Below are positions 1 to 8,563 of a stretch of DNA of 64,000 nt, one piece after another. A program made the translations under genes and the position numbers. Origin of the DNA: Bryobacteraceae bacterium (lineage in GTDB: Bacteria > Acidobacteriota > Terriglobia > Bryobacterales > Bryobacteraceae). Under the pieces are notes generated by a model, which saw nothing but the letters and a program-made list of their open reading frames with translations, ran no database searches and was not told where the DNA came from. How positions within the stretch are numbered: position 1 is the first letter of the stretch; every line of letters starts with the position of its first letter. The stretch covers positions 4,188 through 68,187 of the forward strand of contig DATBGM010000054.1 of the NCBI GenBank assembly GCA_036557945.1. The letters are read 5' to 3'.

Positions 1-369
1 GACCTGGCAAGCGCCCAGGCAAGCAGCGGCGCGTGGCCGGATGCTGTACGCAATCTCGAACAAGTCCTGCGAGAGCGCCCGGGGGATGCGAAAGCGCGCG
101 AGCGGTTAGGCGAAGTGCTGCTTGCCTGGGGCGATGAGGAAGCGGATGCCGGCCGGCACGAAGCAGCCATCGAGCATTATCGTGCCGCGCTGAAGTATCG
201 CGCAAGCGACGCCGAGCTGCACAACAACCTGGGCGTGGAGCTTGCAAGGCTCGGCCGCCTGACAGACGCTCAATTAGAGCTTGAAACGGCCGTGAAGATC
301 AATCCCGGCTTGCAGCCGGCTCGCGCGGCGCTGCAGGCCGTGCGTGCGCAGTTGAGCAGCGGCCGTTGA
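1..369 (+). CDS. TPR-repeat protein, C-terminal fragment (5' end lies outside the window)
   Basis: Frame 1 is open from base 1 to the TGA at 367-369. The translation has TPR-like repeats (AAIEHYRAALKYRASDAELHNNLGVELARLGRLTDAQLELETAVKINP). Confidence 0.6.
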   Translation, partial: DLASAQASSGAWPDAVRNLEQVLRERPGDAKARERLGEVLLAWGDEEADAGRHEAAIEHYRAALKYRASDAELHNNLGVELARLGRLTDAQLELETAVKINPGLQPARAALQAVRAQLSSGR

Positions 370-376
370 TCGCGTA

Positions 377-811
377 TTACGCATGCTGCGGTGCGGCTCC
401 GGCGGGAAGCGGCGGCGCCTCCTGGCCGGCGCGGGGAAGAGTGCCATCGAGTTCCTGCCGCCAATGCGCCACATCACCTGCGGGACCGTAGCAGTAAAGC
501 ATCCGGCAGCGCTTGTCCGACAAATTCGTCAACTGGTGAAATACGCCCGAGGGAATGTAAACTGCCTGGCCTGCCTTTAAGGTTCGACGCTCATCTCCCA
601 AACACATTTCGGCTTCGCCTTCGAGCAGAAAATAGATCTCTTCCTGCTCCTGGTTGTGCCAGGGGACCTGTCCGCCATTGGGCTGCAGTTCCACATGCCC
701 CATGGAAAATGTGGCCGCCTGAATCGGACTTGCCCCGCCTACTAAATTCTGTGTTCTACGGCGCGCCGGATATTCCCGGCCCTGAATTTCCGCCAGATCG
801 GCAGTAATCAT
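377..811 (-). CDS. cupin domain protein
   Basis: 144-aa ORF with the two cupin motifs (WHNQEQEEIYFLLEG and GQAVYIPSGVFHQLTN). Confidence 0.7.
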   Translation of the reverse strand: MITADLAEIQGREYPARRRTQNLVGGASPIQAATFSMGHVELQPNGGQVPWHNQEQEEIYFLLEGEAEMCLGDERRTLKAGQAVYIPSGVFHQLTNLSDKRCRMLYCYGPAGDVAHWRQELDGTLPRAGQEAPPLPAGAAPQHA

Positions 812-824
812 TATTAGTCCGAAT

Positions 825-1388
825 TCAGTCTTTCACTACGCGCAGATTGTTCGTCACGCTGAACACGTTGGGAACAGAATTGGCGCGCATCCCAATCAGA
901 TTCTTATCGAAGTCGCTCGAGACAACACCTTCAAGAGTAACCTTCCCGTTGTCAACGATGATATGGATGCTCGGCAGCGCCTGGTTGCCGTACCGTGTTC
1001 CGATCTGCGGATCGCCGTAGATGGCGCGAGCTAATGCGCGGCGAGTCTGCGAGTCGAAGTTAGAAAGAGGAAGGACTCTGATTTCGTTCTTGACTTGCGA
1101 TACGCCTTCAATGCGCTTCACCACATTTTCGGCATCCGATTTTAGCGTCGGGCGAGTGACGGCTCCCACAAGCGTCACGGTCGAGCCCTGCACCTGAAAT
1201 CCGAGGTCATCAAAGATCGAGTAATAAGGCAGCATGATCAGTTGGTGTCGAACTTCCTTCGCAATACGGCCTTCGTCGGCGCTGCCGTGAACAAAAGAAT
1301 CCTCATGCGAGCTCTGGGCCACCGCAAAACTACCCGGTACTGCCAGAAGCGCTGCTACGAAGGTGGAACAGAGTGCTTTGCGCATCAT
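825..1388 (-). CDS. periplasmic BON-domain protein (two BON domains)
   Basis: Two repeats end in VTLVGAVTRP...VKNEIRV and VTLEGVVSS...VTNNLRV. I chose the start at the ATGATG at 1388 because it is preceded by GGAG and followed by the signal peptide MMRKALCSTFVAALLAVPGSFAVAQ. The longer ORF to 1496 would overlap the next gene. Confidence 0.75.
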   Translation of the reverse strand: MMRKALCSTFVAALLAVPGSFAVAQSSHEDSFVHGSADEGRIAKEVRHQLIMLPYYSIFDDLGFQVQGSTVTLVGAVTRPTLKSDAENVVKRIEGVSQVKNEIRVLPLSNFDSQTRRALARAIYGDPQIGTRYGNQALPSIHIIVDNGKVTLEGVVSSDFDKNLIGMRANSVPNVFSVTNNLRVVKD

Positions 1389-1449
1389 AAATCTCCTGTC
1401 TATGAGACGAGCTTGGGCCAAGTTTGTTTTACGAGCGTCCGTGATTTGT

Positions 1450-1638
1450 TTAACCTTGCCCGCGATCTTTCCAGATAGCGCTGCCGCGTCTGGCAAAAAT
1501 ACTGATCAGAAACGATAGTATTGCTAAAAACCAGCAAAATGCGGGAGCAAAGATACTCCAATTCTGGCTGTAAGGCCAAAGGGGAATGGCCAGGATTCCC
1601 GCGATGACGAATAGGAAGGCAAGTATTCTCCAGCCCAT
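1450..1638 (-). CDS. small membrane protein, DUF3309-like
   Basis: 62 aa with two hydrophobic helices and an LAIPLWPYSQNW motif resembling the PxWPYSxxWGY signature of DUF3309 proteins. Confidence 0.5.
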   Translation of the reverse strand: MGWRILAFLFVIAGILAIPLWPYSQNWSIFAPAFCWFLAILSFLISIFARRGSAIWKDRGQG

Positions 1639-1719
1639 GGCTCAGGATTTCCAGAGCAATCATACAGTGTTCCGGGCGAGGCATGAACAACCGCAGCTTC
1701 GGAAACCACAGAAAAAGCT

Positions 1720-2574
1720 TCAACGCGCGCGCGGCGCTTCCTCGATCGCAACCATGGCTTTACCGCTCGAGAGATTCTTCTTTTTACAGCGAACCACTTG
1801 ACCGGGAGCGAACTGCCAGACCTCGCCGTCGGGCATCGGTTCGATGATTTTGTAGAAGTCGCGGCCCAGATGTTCGGCACGAACAGCGCGGAGAACATTT
1901 AGCCCCTCACCCACCAGCGTCACGTATATCGTTGTTTCCTTGCCGGCAGGGATGGGCGCAGCATGTGGAGCCGGCGTCGGCTGTACCGCCGTAGCCGGGT
2001 CGGGCCGAGGTGGCTCGGAAACTATAACCGGCTCTGGTACCGGTGCGGGTCGAGCGCTTTCCGGCGCTGCCTGACCAAAAGATGGCTGCGTGAAAATAGC
2101 GCGCGGTGGAGCAGCGGCGGTGGTTGGCGGAGCGGGTGGTGGTACTGCAGCAGGGGCAGCCGCAAAGGAAAACGGCTGCGCTCCGGGCCGTACTTCCGGC
2201 GCATACTGCACGCGGCCGCTCATGCGTGTGCGATCCATGATCCAAAACAAGATCGTAAGGCCGGTCCAGATGATCGGCATCCACTCGGAGCCGATCGGAC
2301 CATCGAAGGATCGACTTTGCCCGTTGTGAACGAACCACAACAGAAGGGGCGCACCCGAGGCAAGCGTTAAGCAGAGGCCCACGACGGCAGAAAATCCCAG
2401 GCTCTCAAAAAGGCTGCGCGCGCCTTCCGCATCGAAGCTCAGCAAGACGATTGCGGCGACGAGACCGGCAATGCTCCCAATCCAGAAGAACGGACCCGGC
2501 AAAAGCATGAAGCCGACAGCAGCCACCACCACAGCAATGACCAGAGCTGTTCCATCGATTTGAATTTTGGACAT
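1720..2574 (-). CDS. membrane protein with Pro/Ala-rich linker, function unknown
   Basis: ATG at 2574. About four N-terminal hydrophobic helices, a long linker (AAPAAVPPPAPPTTAAAPP...PAPVPEPV...) and a ~75-aa C-terminal globular part. I recognise no family. Confidence 0.55.
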   Translation of the reverse strand: MSKIQIDGTALVIAVVVAAVGFMLLPGPFFWIGSIAGLVAAIVLLSFDAEGARSLFESLGFSAVVGLCLTLASGAPLLLWFVHNGQSRSFDGPIGSEWMPIIWTGLTILFWIMDRTRMSGRVQYAPEVRPGAQPFSFAAAPAAVPPPAPPTTAAAPPRAIFTQPSFGQAAPESARPAPVPEPVIVSEPPRPDPATAVQPTPAPHAAPIPAGKETTIYVTLVGEGLNVLRAVRAEHLGRDFYKIIEPMPDGEVWQFAPGQVVRCKKKNLSSGKAMVAIEEAPRAR

Positions 2575-2628
2575 GGAATACCGAAGACACGATTTTAGCC
2601 GAGAGCATTCAGACGGCAGGAATGACGA

Positions 2629-5600
2629 CTACTGCCAGTCAGCAAGACTGTTCACGTAATCGGCCGAGCCGTCGCGTAGCCAGCCATCCAGTTGCGCCGG
2701 CTCTTTGAGCTGCTGCCCGCGTTCGCGCGGCACGAGAGCATATGCGCAATCGATCTCGGCCAGCGCCGTCATGTCGATAAACAGCTTTTCGAATTGCGCG
2801 ACAGGAAAAACGTCTTCCTGTCCTTTGCCCCACCGGCGCTTGACATCTTTCAAAGTAATGTAGGTCGGCATGCGCGCGGCGACCTCGCGAACCGCGCGCG
2901 TAACGCGTTCAGGATTCTTCAGCGCTTCGCGATCGAGCGCGAAAACCGCGAGCAGCTTATCAATATCGATCCAAAACGTGTTGCTGTTATAGAAAGAGAG
3001 AGACCATTCGGCATCTTCCGACGGCAGAGCCATGCCCTCTACCAGCCGGAGGCGGCCATTGACACGGGCGAGTCCGCCGCCGTGATCATCGATCTGGCGC
3101 GCGATTACTTCAACCGTCAGCGCCGCATTTCGCTCTAAGTGAAGGCCAAGCGTTACCGCGTCCAGATTCACGCCGGTCGTATCGATGTTGTGAACCATTA
3201 AATAGCGAAGCTGTGGCCGCAGCGAGAGAAGCTCGAGCAGCACGCCGTTGCGCAGCATATTGGGAATCTCATACCAGTGCCCGGGTGGGTGAATGCACTG
3301 CAGCGGCAGGTTGTCGGTGTAATCAGATCCTTCGCCGGCGTGGAGAGCCCACTGCATAAGCGCAGATCGCAGGCTGTCGCGAACCTTTTCTTTTTGATCA
3401 TCGAGGGTCTGCTGCGGCATTTCTTCCCAGGCGAAGCGCAGGTCGCGCGCCATCGGAATGAAGCGGAGTCCGATGCTGCGCCCGGGAGAAAGCAACACCG
3501 GGCCTTCGTAGCCATAATTCGCCGTTTCGGCCAGCGATTTTGCGATGGGTCCATGCGTCAGATAGCTGGTTGTAATCACATGCGGTACCGGAACTCCTGC
3601 GGTGCGGCTCGCCCGCCGGCTCTTGGCGAGATGTAGTTCTACGAAGTTTCTGTATCGGCCATCGAATCTCACAAACGGATTGAGTGCTTTCACTACTCCC
3701 GCTCCGCGCGTCCAGCGGCTGCCTGCGCCTCCAGCCAGCGAGACAACCGCGACCGTTCCGGCAGCGAGCGCTCGAGCGCCAAGTGCGTGCAGGTGATCGC
3801 TGCCGGCGGAAGTTGGAACAAATACGTCTTCCGGGCGCACATCTTCGATACGAGTGGTAACCGGCAGCCGGTTCTGCGCCAGCCCGATTCTTCCGTTTTG
3901 CAGATCTGCGCGAATGCTTTCATGCTGGACGGGATCAAAACCGTACTCGTTCAAAAGGGCCGCGAGTGTTTTCCCTTGCTCTTTCCCGCCGTCTTCGGAA
4001 GTGGGCAGCATGCGATCGAAAAGACTTTGAACGATTCCGGAGTATGTCGGCGTGGTGCGCGACGCAGCTGCCAGCCAGTCGAGTTCGCGCCGGCGTGCGC
4101 GCGGCATCAGTTTGGGATCAGTGCGCAGCAGCAGCGGGACTGTTAGCGCGTAATAGCCAGGCGGCAGCAGATTTCCGCCCGTAGTAAGGAGTTCTGCAAC
4201 CGTGCCACGTTCATTAATAGTGAAGTCATAGACCACGGGATCCATGGCAAACGGCACGGAATCTTCGAGGTGCTGCTTCGTTTCGGTCATGATTCCGAGC
4301 AGCCGGTCTTGTGCTTCGCTTTTTCTTGCCGGATCGAAAATGAAGCCCATACCGCCGCCGGCCATCCCGCCCAGCATCCAGAATCCCCAGAATTCAGAGC
4401 CCATGGCGGCACGAGTCTGCTCGATCAATGTTTCGGTATAGAGATTACTGGCCCAGGGGATAATGCTTTGAATGGGTCCGAAGAAGTTGCCTTCCGTTGC
4501 CTGGCCGATCGAACGAATGTCACCAGCCCGGAGATCGCAAAGGATAGCATCTAGCGTGTGCATGGCATCCTGACGAGCCAGCCATTCTTTGGGAGAACGG
4601 AGCAGATATTTCTCCGTGACCATTTCAAGAATTGGCCCCACATCCTGCGCCATCCCGCCGTGGACCAATACAAGACTGCGCTCGAGCCGTTCACGCGAGG
4701 TACCCGAAATTTCATCGGAAGAAAAGACGTGATGTGCGGGCAGAAGGCGGCCGCGGCTGATACCGTATTCCGGATCGTCTCCACCCGCTTCGGCACCTTC
4801 GATGAGCTTAATGCCGGGCCAAATGCCGCCAGAATCCTGCCATCCGCCGCCCGAGCCGCCGAGCCACTCGCCGAGGATTGCACGCGCTGCCACCAATCTG
4901 CGATCGGATTCAAACAAAGGTCCGGTAAGGGCCTGCGTTTGCCTGGTCGCACGCATGCAAACCGCGATCAGACTGGCAAGCAGATTGGTCGATACGGCGA
5001 GCCGCGAGCCTTTCGGAATATTGCGCACCACACTGGCGAGTTCTATGCCGCGTCCGGCGCCGGCGAGACGCTCGAGCAGCACCTCCAAGGGCTGAACCGC
5101 GCCCTCCATGGCAGGAGGCACAATGCCGGATGCGATGACAGCCGCTTTCAGCAAGCCGAGATAATCGCGCGCGAAATCGAAAACTTCCGCAAATGTTGTG
5201 ATGTCCGTCGTTGCGCCCAGATCGACACTGGTGAGACGTAGAACGGGTTCGTCGATGACCCGAAAATACGCTTCCACGGGGGGCTCGGGATGCGCGCTAC
5301 TGCCGTCCCGCACGCTCAAATCGATCGAGACGTTCAGTACGCGCGCCCCCTCCGGATAATCCATGCCGAGGAAAAAGATGTCGCTCCAGCCGCTATGGGT
5401 CAGATCCATGCGGACCGGTGTTGATTCCTTCAGCAACGGAAACGGCTCATTCTCTGAAGGCCGTGTCAGAAGTTCAGGGCGGATGTGAAGCGGGTAATCC
5501 TCAGGATGACCAATGCGCGACATCCAGTGATTACCGCGCACGGAGCGAACGCTGCGGCGCACCTGGTCGGCAAGCGTCTTGAAAGCGAGCCCCTTATACA

Positions 5601-5955
5601 CTGCCGCATAGGCGCTTGAAAGAGCCGCCGTCGGGCCACTTGCTTCCATCGCGCGTCCCAGTGATTCGAGCGCTTCTTCAAAGCGCCGCTTCAGAAGATG
5701 CGTAACCGCTTCAAAAGGGATCTGGCCGCCGCTTGCCACTTCCGGCCGGCGAGGCAAATGGAAACGGTGAATTGCATATAGAAGCAGCAGCGCCCGTACG
5801 CGTTCGTAAAGATTGCCGCTGGTACGCCAAAAGCCGTCGAGTGCAGCGCATTCCGCAAGCAGAACCGCGGTGGAAGAACTTGAGGCGACTTCGTCGAGCG
5901 AGCGGTCTCGAATCGCGCGATCGCGCGAGGTGATGATTGCAATAAGCTGGCTCAC
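2629..5955 (-). CDS. large fusion protein: fucokinase-like GHMP kinase region plus C-terminal UDPGP-family (UDP-sugar pyrophosphorylase-like) domain
   Basis: 1108 aa. GHMP/fucokinase-like motifs: IPKGSRLAVSTNLLASL, GGSGGGWQDSGGIWPGIK, FWMLGGMAGGGMGFIF. UDPGP motifs: VVSLAGGAGSRW, HVITTSYLTHGPI, HPPGHWYE, MVHNIDTTG. The GTG start overlaps the upstream stop (GTGA at 5952-5955). Confidence 0.6.
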   Translation of the reverse strand: MSQLIAIITSRDRAIRDRSLDEVASSSSTAVLLAECAALDGFWRTSGNLYERVRALLLLYAIHRFHLPRRPEVASGGQIPFEAVTHLLKRRFEEALESLGRAMEASGPTAALSSAYAAVYKGLAFKTLADQVRRSVRSVRGNHWMSRIGHPEDYPLHIRPELLTRPSENEPFPLLKESTPVRMDLTHSGWSDIFFLGMDYPEGARVLNVSIDLSVRDGSSAHPEPPVEAYFRVIDEPVLRLTSVDLGATTDITTFAEVFDFARDYLGLLKAAVIASGIVPPAMEGAVQPLEVLLERLAGAGRGIELASVVRNIPKGSRLAVSTNLLASLIAVCMRATRQTQALTGPLFESDRRLVAARAILGEWLGGSGGGWQDSGGIWPGIKLIEGAEAGGDDPEYGISRGRLLPAHHVFSSDEISGTSRERLERSLVLVHGGMAQDVGPILEMVTEKYLLRSPKEWLARQDAMHTLDAILCDLRAGDIRSIGQATEGNFFGPIQSIIPWASNLYTETLIEQTRAAMGSEFWGFWMLGGMAGGGMGFIFDPARKSEAQDRLLGIMTETKQHLEDSVPFAMDPVVYDFTINERGTVAELLTTGGNLLPPGYYALTVPLLLRTDPKLMPRARRRELDWLAAASRTTPTYSGIVQSLFDRMLPTSEDGGKEQGKTLAALLNEYGFDPVQHESIRADLQNGRIGLAQNRLPVTTRIEDVRPEDVFVPTSAGSDHLHALGARALAAGTVAVVSLAGGAGSRWTRGAGVVKALNPFVRFDGRYRNFVELHLAKSRRASRTAGVPVPHVITTSYLTHGPIAKSLAETANYGYEGPVLLSPGRSIGLRFIPMARDLRFAWEEMPQQTLDDQKEKVRDSLRSALMQWALHAGEGSDYTDNLPLQCIHPPGHWYEIPNMLRNGVLLELLSLRPQLRYLMVHNIDTTGVNLDAVTLGLHLERNAALTVEVIARQIDDHGGGLARVNGRLRLVEGMALPSEDAEWSLSFYNSNTFWIDIDKLLAVFALDREALKNPERVTRAVREVAARMPTYITLKDVKRRWGKGQEDVFPVAQFEKLFIDMTALAEIDCAYALVPRERGQQLKEPAQLDGWLRDGSADYVNSLADWQ

Positions 5956-6797
5956 GCGTCCTGCCCGGTCGTGTGAAGAGCGACAAGCTCCAGCAGTTGT
6001 GCGAGAACGCCGTTCCGGTCCTTACCTTCGAGAGCGAGCGCGAGCTGCGCATAAAATAGTCCATATTTCACGCCAATGTCGTAGCGGCGGCTGGTCTGCT
6101 CGAAGGCGAGATACTGTTCGCGGCCGGCCAGGTCGGAAAGCGCGGCAGAGAGCGTGATCGTTTGCGGAGCATCGCGAAGACCGCGCGCCAGGATATGCAT
6201 GACGGCGGGTGTCAACACGTGCATGCCGAAGAAACACAGATAATAGCCCGCGCGCAAACCGGAGACGGAGAGTTCCTGCTCGGCTTCTGTGGGCGTCGGC
6301 TTCTCTAAAACCTTCTGAACCCGGTAAAGACTCTGTTTGCCGGCAATGCGCTGCGCGCCGACTACACCGTACTGCGAAAGCCACGTTTCGCGTGTCGCCT
6401 GTACAGCGGAAACTGCGCAGCCTTCTTCTTCCGCTATTTCGACCACACGTTTCGCACTGCTTGCGCCATTCGCGCCTGCGTAAAGATGATCTCCTACCAG
6501 GTGTAGAAACGGTTCCTCCGCAGTGAACGCGTGCGCACAGTGGATCGCGCGCGCATAGCCGCCGCCCCCGGTCTGTTCAATGAACTCGATGTTCCGGTCG
6601 GCAGCGGCTTCGGCGAAGGCCAGCCTATCGCCCGGCGGAATGATAACGGCGATATCCTCGATCCCGCACTTACGGACTTCGTTCAGCAGAATACGAATGA
6701 CCGTACGCTCCTGACCGTCGCGGTCGATCAACGTCTGCAGCGGCAATGTACGCTGCGAAGGCGCGGCGGCGGTGATGACTGCCTTTTGAATCTTCAT
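5952..6797 (-). CDS. GalU-like sugar-phosphate nucleotidyltransferase homolog with a divergent glycine loop
   Basis: Start at the ATG at 6797 (MKIQKAVITAAAPSQRTLPLQTL...). The overall layout resembles UTP-glucose-1-phosphate uridylyltransferase (KAVIxAAG..., VLEKPTP), but the GxGTR loop is replaced by APSQRT. Confidence 0.5.
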   Translation of the reverse strand: MKIQKAVITAAAPSQRTLPLQTLIDRDGQERTVIRILLNEVRKCGIEDIAVIIPPGDRLAFAEAAADRNIEFIEQTGGGGYARAIHCAHAFTAEEPFLHLVGDHLYAGANGASSAKRVVEIAEEEGCAVSAVQATRETWLSQYGVVGAQRIAGKQSLYRVQKVLEKPTPTEAEQELSVSGLRAGYYLCFFGMHVLTPAVMHILARGLRDAPQTITLSAALSDLAGREQYLAFEQTSRRYDIGVKYGLFYAQLALALEGKDRNGVLAQLLELVALHTTGQDA

Positions 6798-6868
6798 TGG
6801 CTGTGCAAAGGCTGATTTTAGCGTGCCCGTTGAGCGCATTTGACGTGCTGGTAGGGCACACTTGAGGG

Positions 6869-7288
6869 GTGATCCGGCACACAAGACTCACCGTTCCGAC
6901 GCGCGGAAAGGGACTGTACCCGTGTACGCGGGAAGTGAAAAGCTGGCTTGGCAAACAGGGAATCTCGAACGGGCTGCTGACAACGTTTGTTCAGCACACA
7001 TCGTGCTCGCTCGTGATTCAGGAAAACGCGGATCCCGACGTCACGCTCGACCTGCGCGATTTTTTCGAGCGCCTCGTGCCGGAAGACGAAGAAAATTTTC
7101 GGCACACCGCGGAGGGCTCGGACGACATGACTTCACATATCCGCTCGGCTCTGACGCAGACCTGTTTGACCATTCCGGTGCTGAACGGCGAGATGGCGCT
7201 CGGGACCTGGCAGGGGCTGTATGTTTTTGAGCATCGCAAACACGCGCATCAGCGCCATATCGTTGTGCAGATTATGGGGAATGAGTAA
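6869..7288 (+). CDS. YjbQ/UPF0047 family protein (secondary thiamine-phosphate synthase-like)
   Basis: 139 aa. Family-typical strings are LLTTFVQHTSCSLVIQENADPDV, HIRSALTQTCLTIPV and GTWQGLYVFEHR. Confidence 0.8.
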   Translation: MIRHTRLTVPTRGKGLYPCTREVKSWLGKQGISNGLLTTFVQHTSCSLVIQENADPDVTLDLRDFFERLVPEDEENFRHTAEGSDDMTSHIRSALTQTCLTIPVLNGEMALGTWQGLYVFEHRKHAHQRHIVVQIMGNE

Positions 7289-7299
7289 ATCGATTTCTG

Positions 7300-7326
7300 G
7301 GCAGAGCAGCACCACGCTGCTCTGCC
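7300..7326. terminator. 11-bp GC-rich hairpin between convergent yjbQ-like gene and ftsZ
   Basis: ggcagagcagc (7300-7310) pairs perfectly with gctgctctgcc (7316-7326), loop accac. There is no clear U-tract on either strand. Confidence 0.4.
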
Positions 7327-7338
7327 ATACTTGCAATC

Positions 7339-8532
7339 CTACTGCACCATGCGTCGCTGTTGCTTGCGAACGATGGCCGGAACCTCGTAGTCGTCCGGCG
7401 GGGGCAACTCCTCTTCCGGCTCCGGCTCGGCCGCGGCCATAACCGGCTCCGGTTCATGCTCGACAGGAGGCATGTGAGGCGGCACAGCGTGTCCGTCCGG
7501 AGCGTTGGCCGGAGTGAACGGAAAATGTGGATTGCGCCGGTCGATTTCCGGCAGGGTGTCGCGCTGAAAACCGGTCGCAATAACCGTAATTTTCACGCGA
7601 TCTTCCATCTTCTCGTCGATCACCAGTCCGAAGTTGATCTGCACGTCATCATTTTGCGTTGCCTTGCGGATCAGGTTGCACGCTTCGTTGACGTCGTGAA
7701 TACCCAACTGGCTCGAGGCAGTAATATTGATGAGCACGCCGCGCGCGCCGAGCACGCCGCCTTCTTCCATAAGCGGGCTGTTGATCGCGCGCTGGGCGGC
7801 TTCGAGCGGCGCTTTCTCGCCGGAAGCAACAGCGGTACCCATCATGGCGTAGCCCATCCCGAGCATATTGGTCCGGATATCGGAAAAATCTCGGTTAATC
7901 AGGCCGGGTGTCGTGATGATGTCGGCGATTCCCTGCACAGCCTGGCGCAGCACATCATCCGCCATCCGGAAAGATTCCACAAAGCTGGTTCCTTTCGGTG
8001 CAAGGCCGAGCAGCTTTTCATTGGGGATACTGATGACGGTATCGCAACTGCCCGCCAGCTCGGCCAGGCCGCGTTCCGCCTGTTTCATGCGGCGCGGACC
8101 CTCAAAGGCGAACGGCTTCGTCACGACGGCCACGGTCAAGGCGTTCAATTCCTTGGCAAGCGAAGCCACAACGGGGGCGGCACCGGTTCCGGTGCCCCCT
8201 CCAAGCCCCGCAGTGACAAATACCATATCGGCGCCTTCGAGAATTTCTATAATTTGTTCCGTATCTTCGAGCGCCGCCTGCCGCCCCACCGACGGATCGG
8301 CTCCCGCGCCCAGCCCGCTGGTCAGCTTCTTGCCAATCGGGATTTTGTTGGCCACGGGCGAAGCCGCCAGCGCCTGTTTGTCCGTATTCAGGATGTAAAA
8401 GTCGATGCCGCCCAGGCCCTCATGCAGCATGCGTGCCACGGCGTTGGAGCCCCCGCCGCCCACGCCGACCACTTTGATGCGGGTTCCGAGCTGTACTTCG
8501 TCTTCAATAAGAAATTTAAGATCGTCCGCCAT
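7339..8532 (-). CDS. ftsZ: cell division GTPase FtsZ
   Basis: VGVGGGGSNAV and GGGTGTGAAPVVA tubulin signatures; C-terminal peptide DYEVPAIVRKQ; AGGA-type SD upstream of the ATG. Confidence 0.97.
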   Translation of the reverse strand: MADDLKFLIEDEVQLGTRIKVVGVGGGGSNAVARMLHEGLGGIDFYILNTDKQALAASPVANKIPIGKKLTSGLGAGADPSVGRQAALEDTEQIIEILEGADMVFVTAGLGGGTGTGAAPVVASLAKELNALTVAVVTKPFAFEGPRRMKQAERGLAELAGSCDTVISIPNEKLLGLAPKGTSFVESFRMADDVLRQAVQGIADIITTPGLINRDFSDIRTNMLGMGYAMMGTAVASGEKAPLEAAQRAINSPLMEEGGVLGARGVLINITASSQLGIHDVNEACNLIRKATQNDDVQINFGLVIDEKMEDRVKITVIATGFQRDTLPEIDRRNPHFPFTPANAPDGHAVPPHMPPVEHEPEPVMAAAEPEPEEELPPPDDYEVPAIVRKQQRRMVQ

Positions 8533-8563
8533 TCCTGTTCCTTTCCCCGTTTTCTCTAACTGT

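Noticed and set aside
7360-8559. 399-aa ORF on the plus strand. Similar long antisense ORFs lie at 12224-13108, 26259-27572, 32516-33607, 35603-36610, 40084-41567, 55743-57077 and 60031-61284.
   Set aside because: Each lies exactly opposite a gene with unmistakable family motifs (ftsZ, murG, bamD-like, PmoA/MFS, hydrolase, argC/argB, cysN, TonB-dependent receptor). Their translations are R/A/G/H-rich low-complexity strings with no motifs. Long open antisense frames are expected in high-GC DNA.
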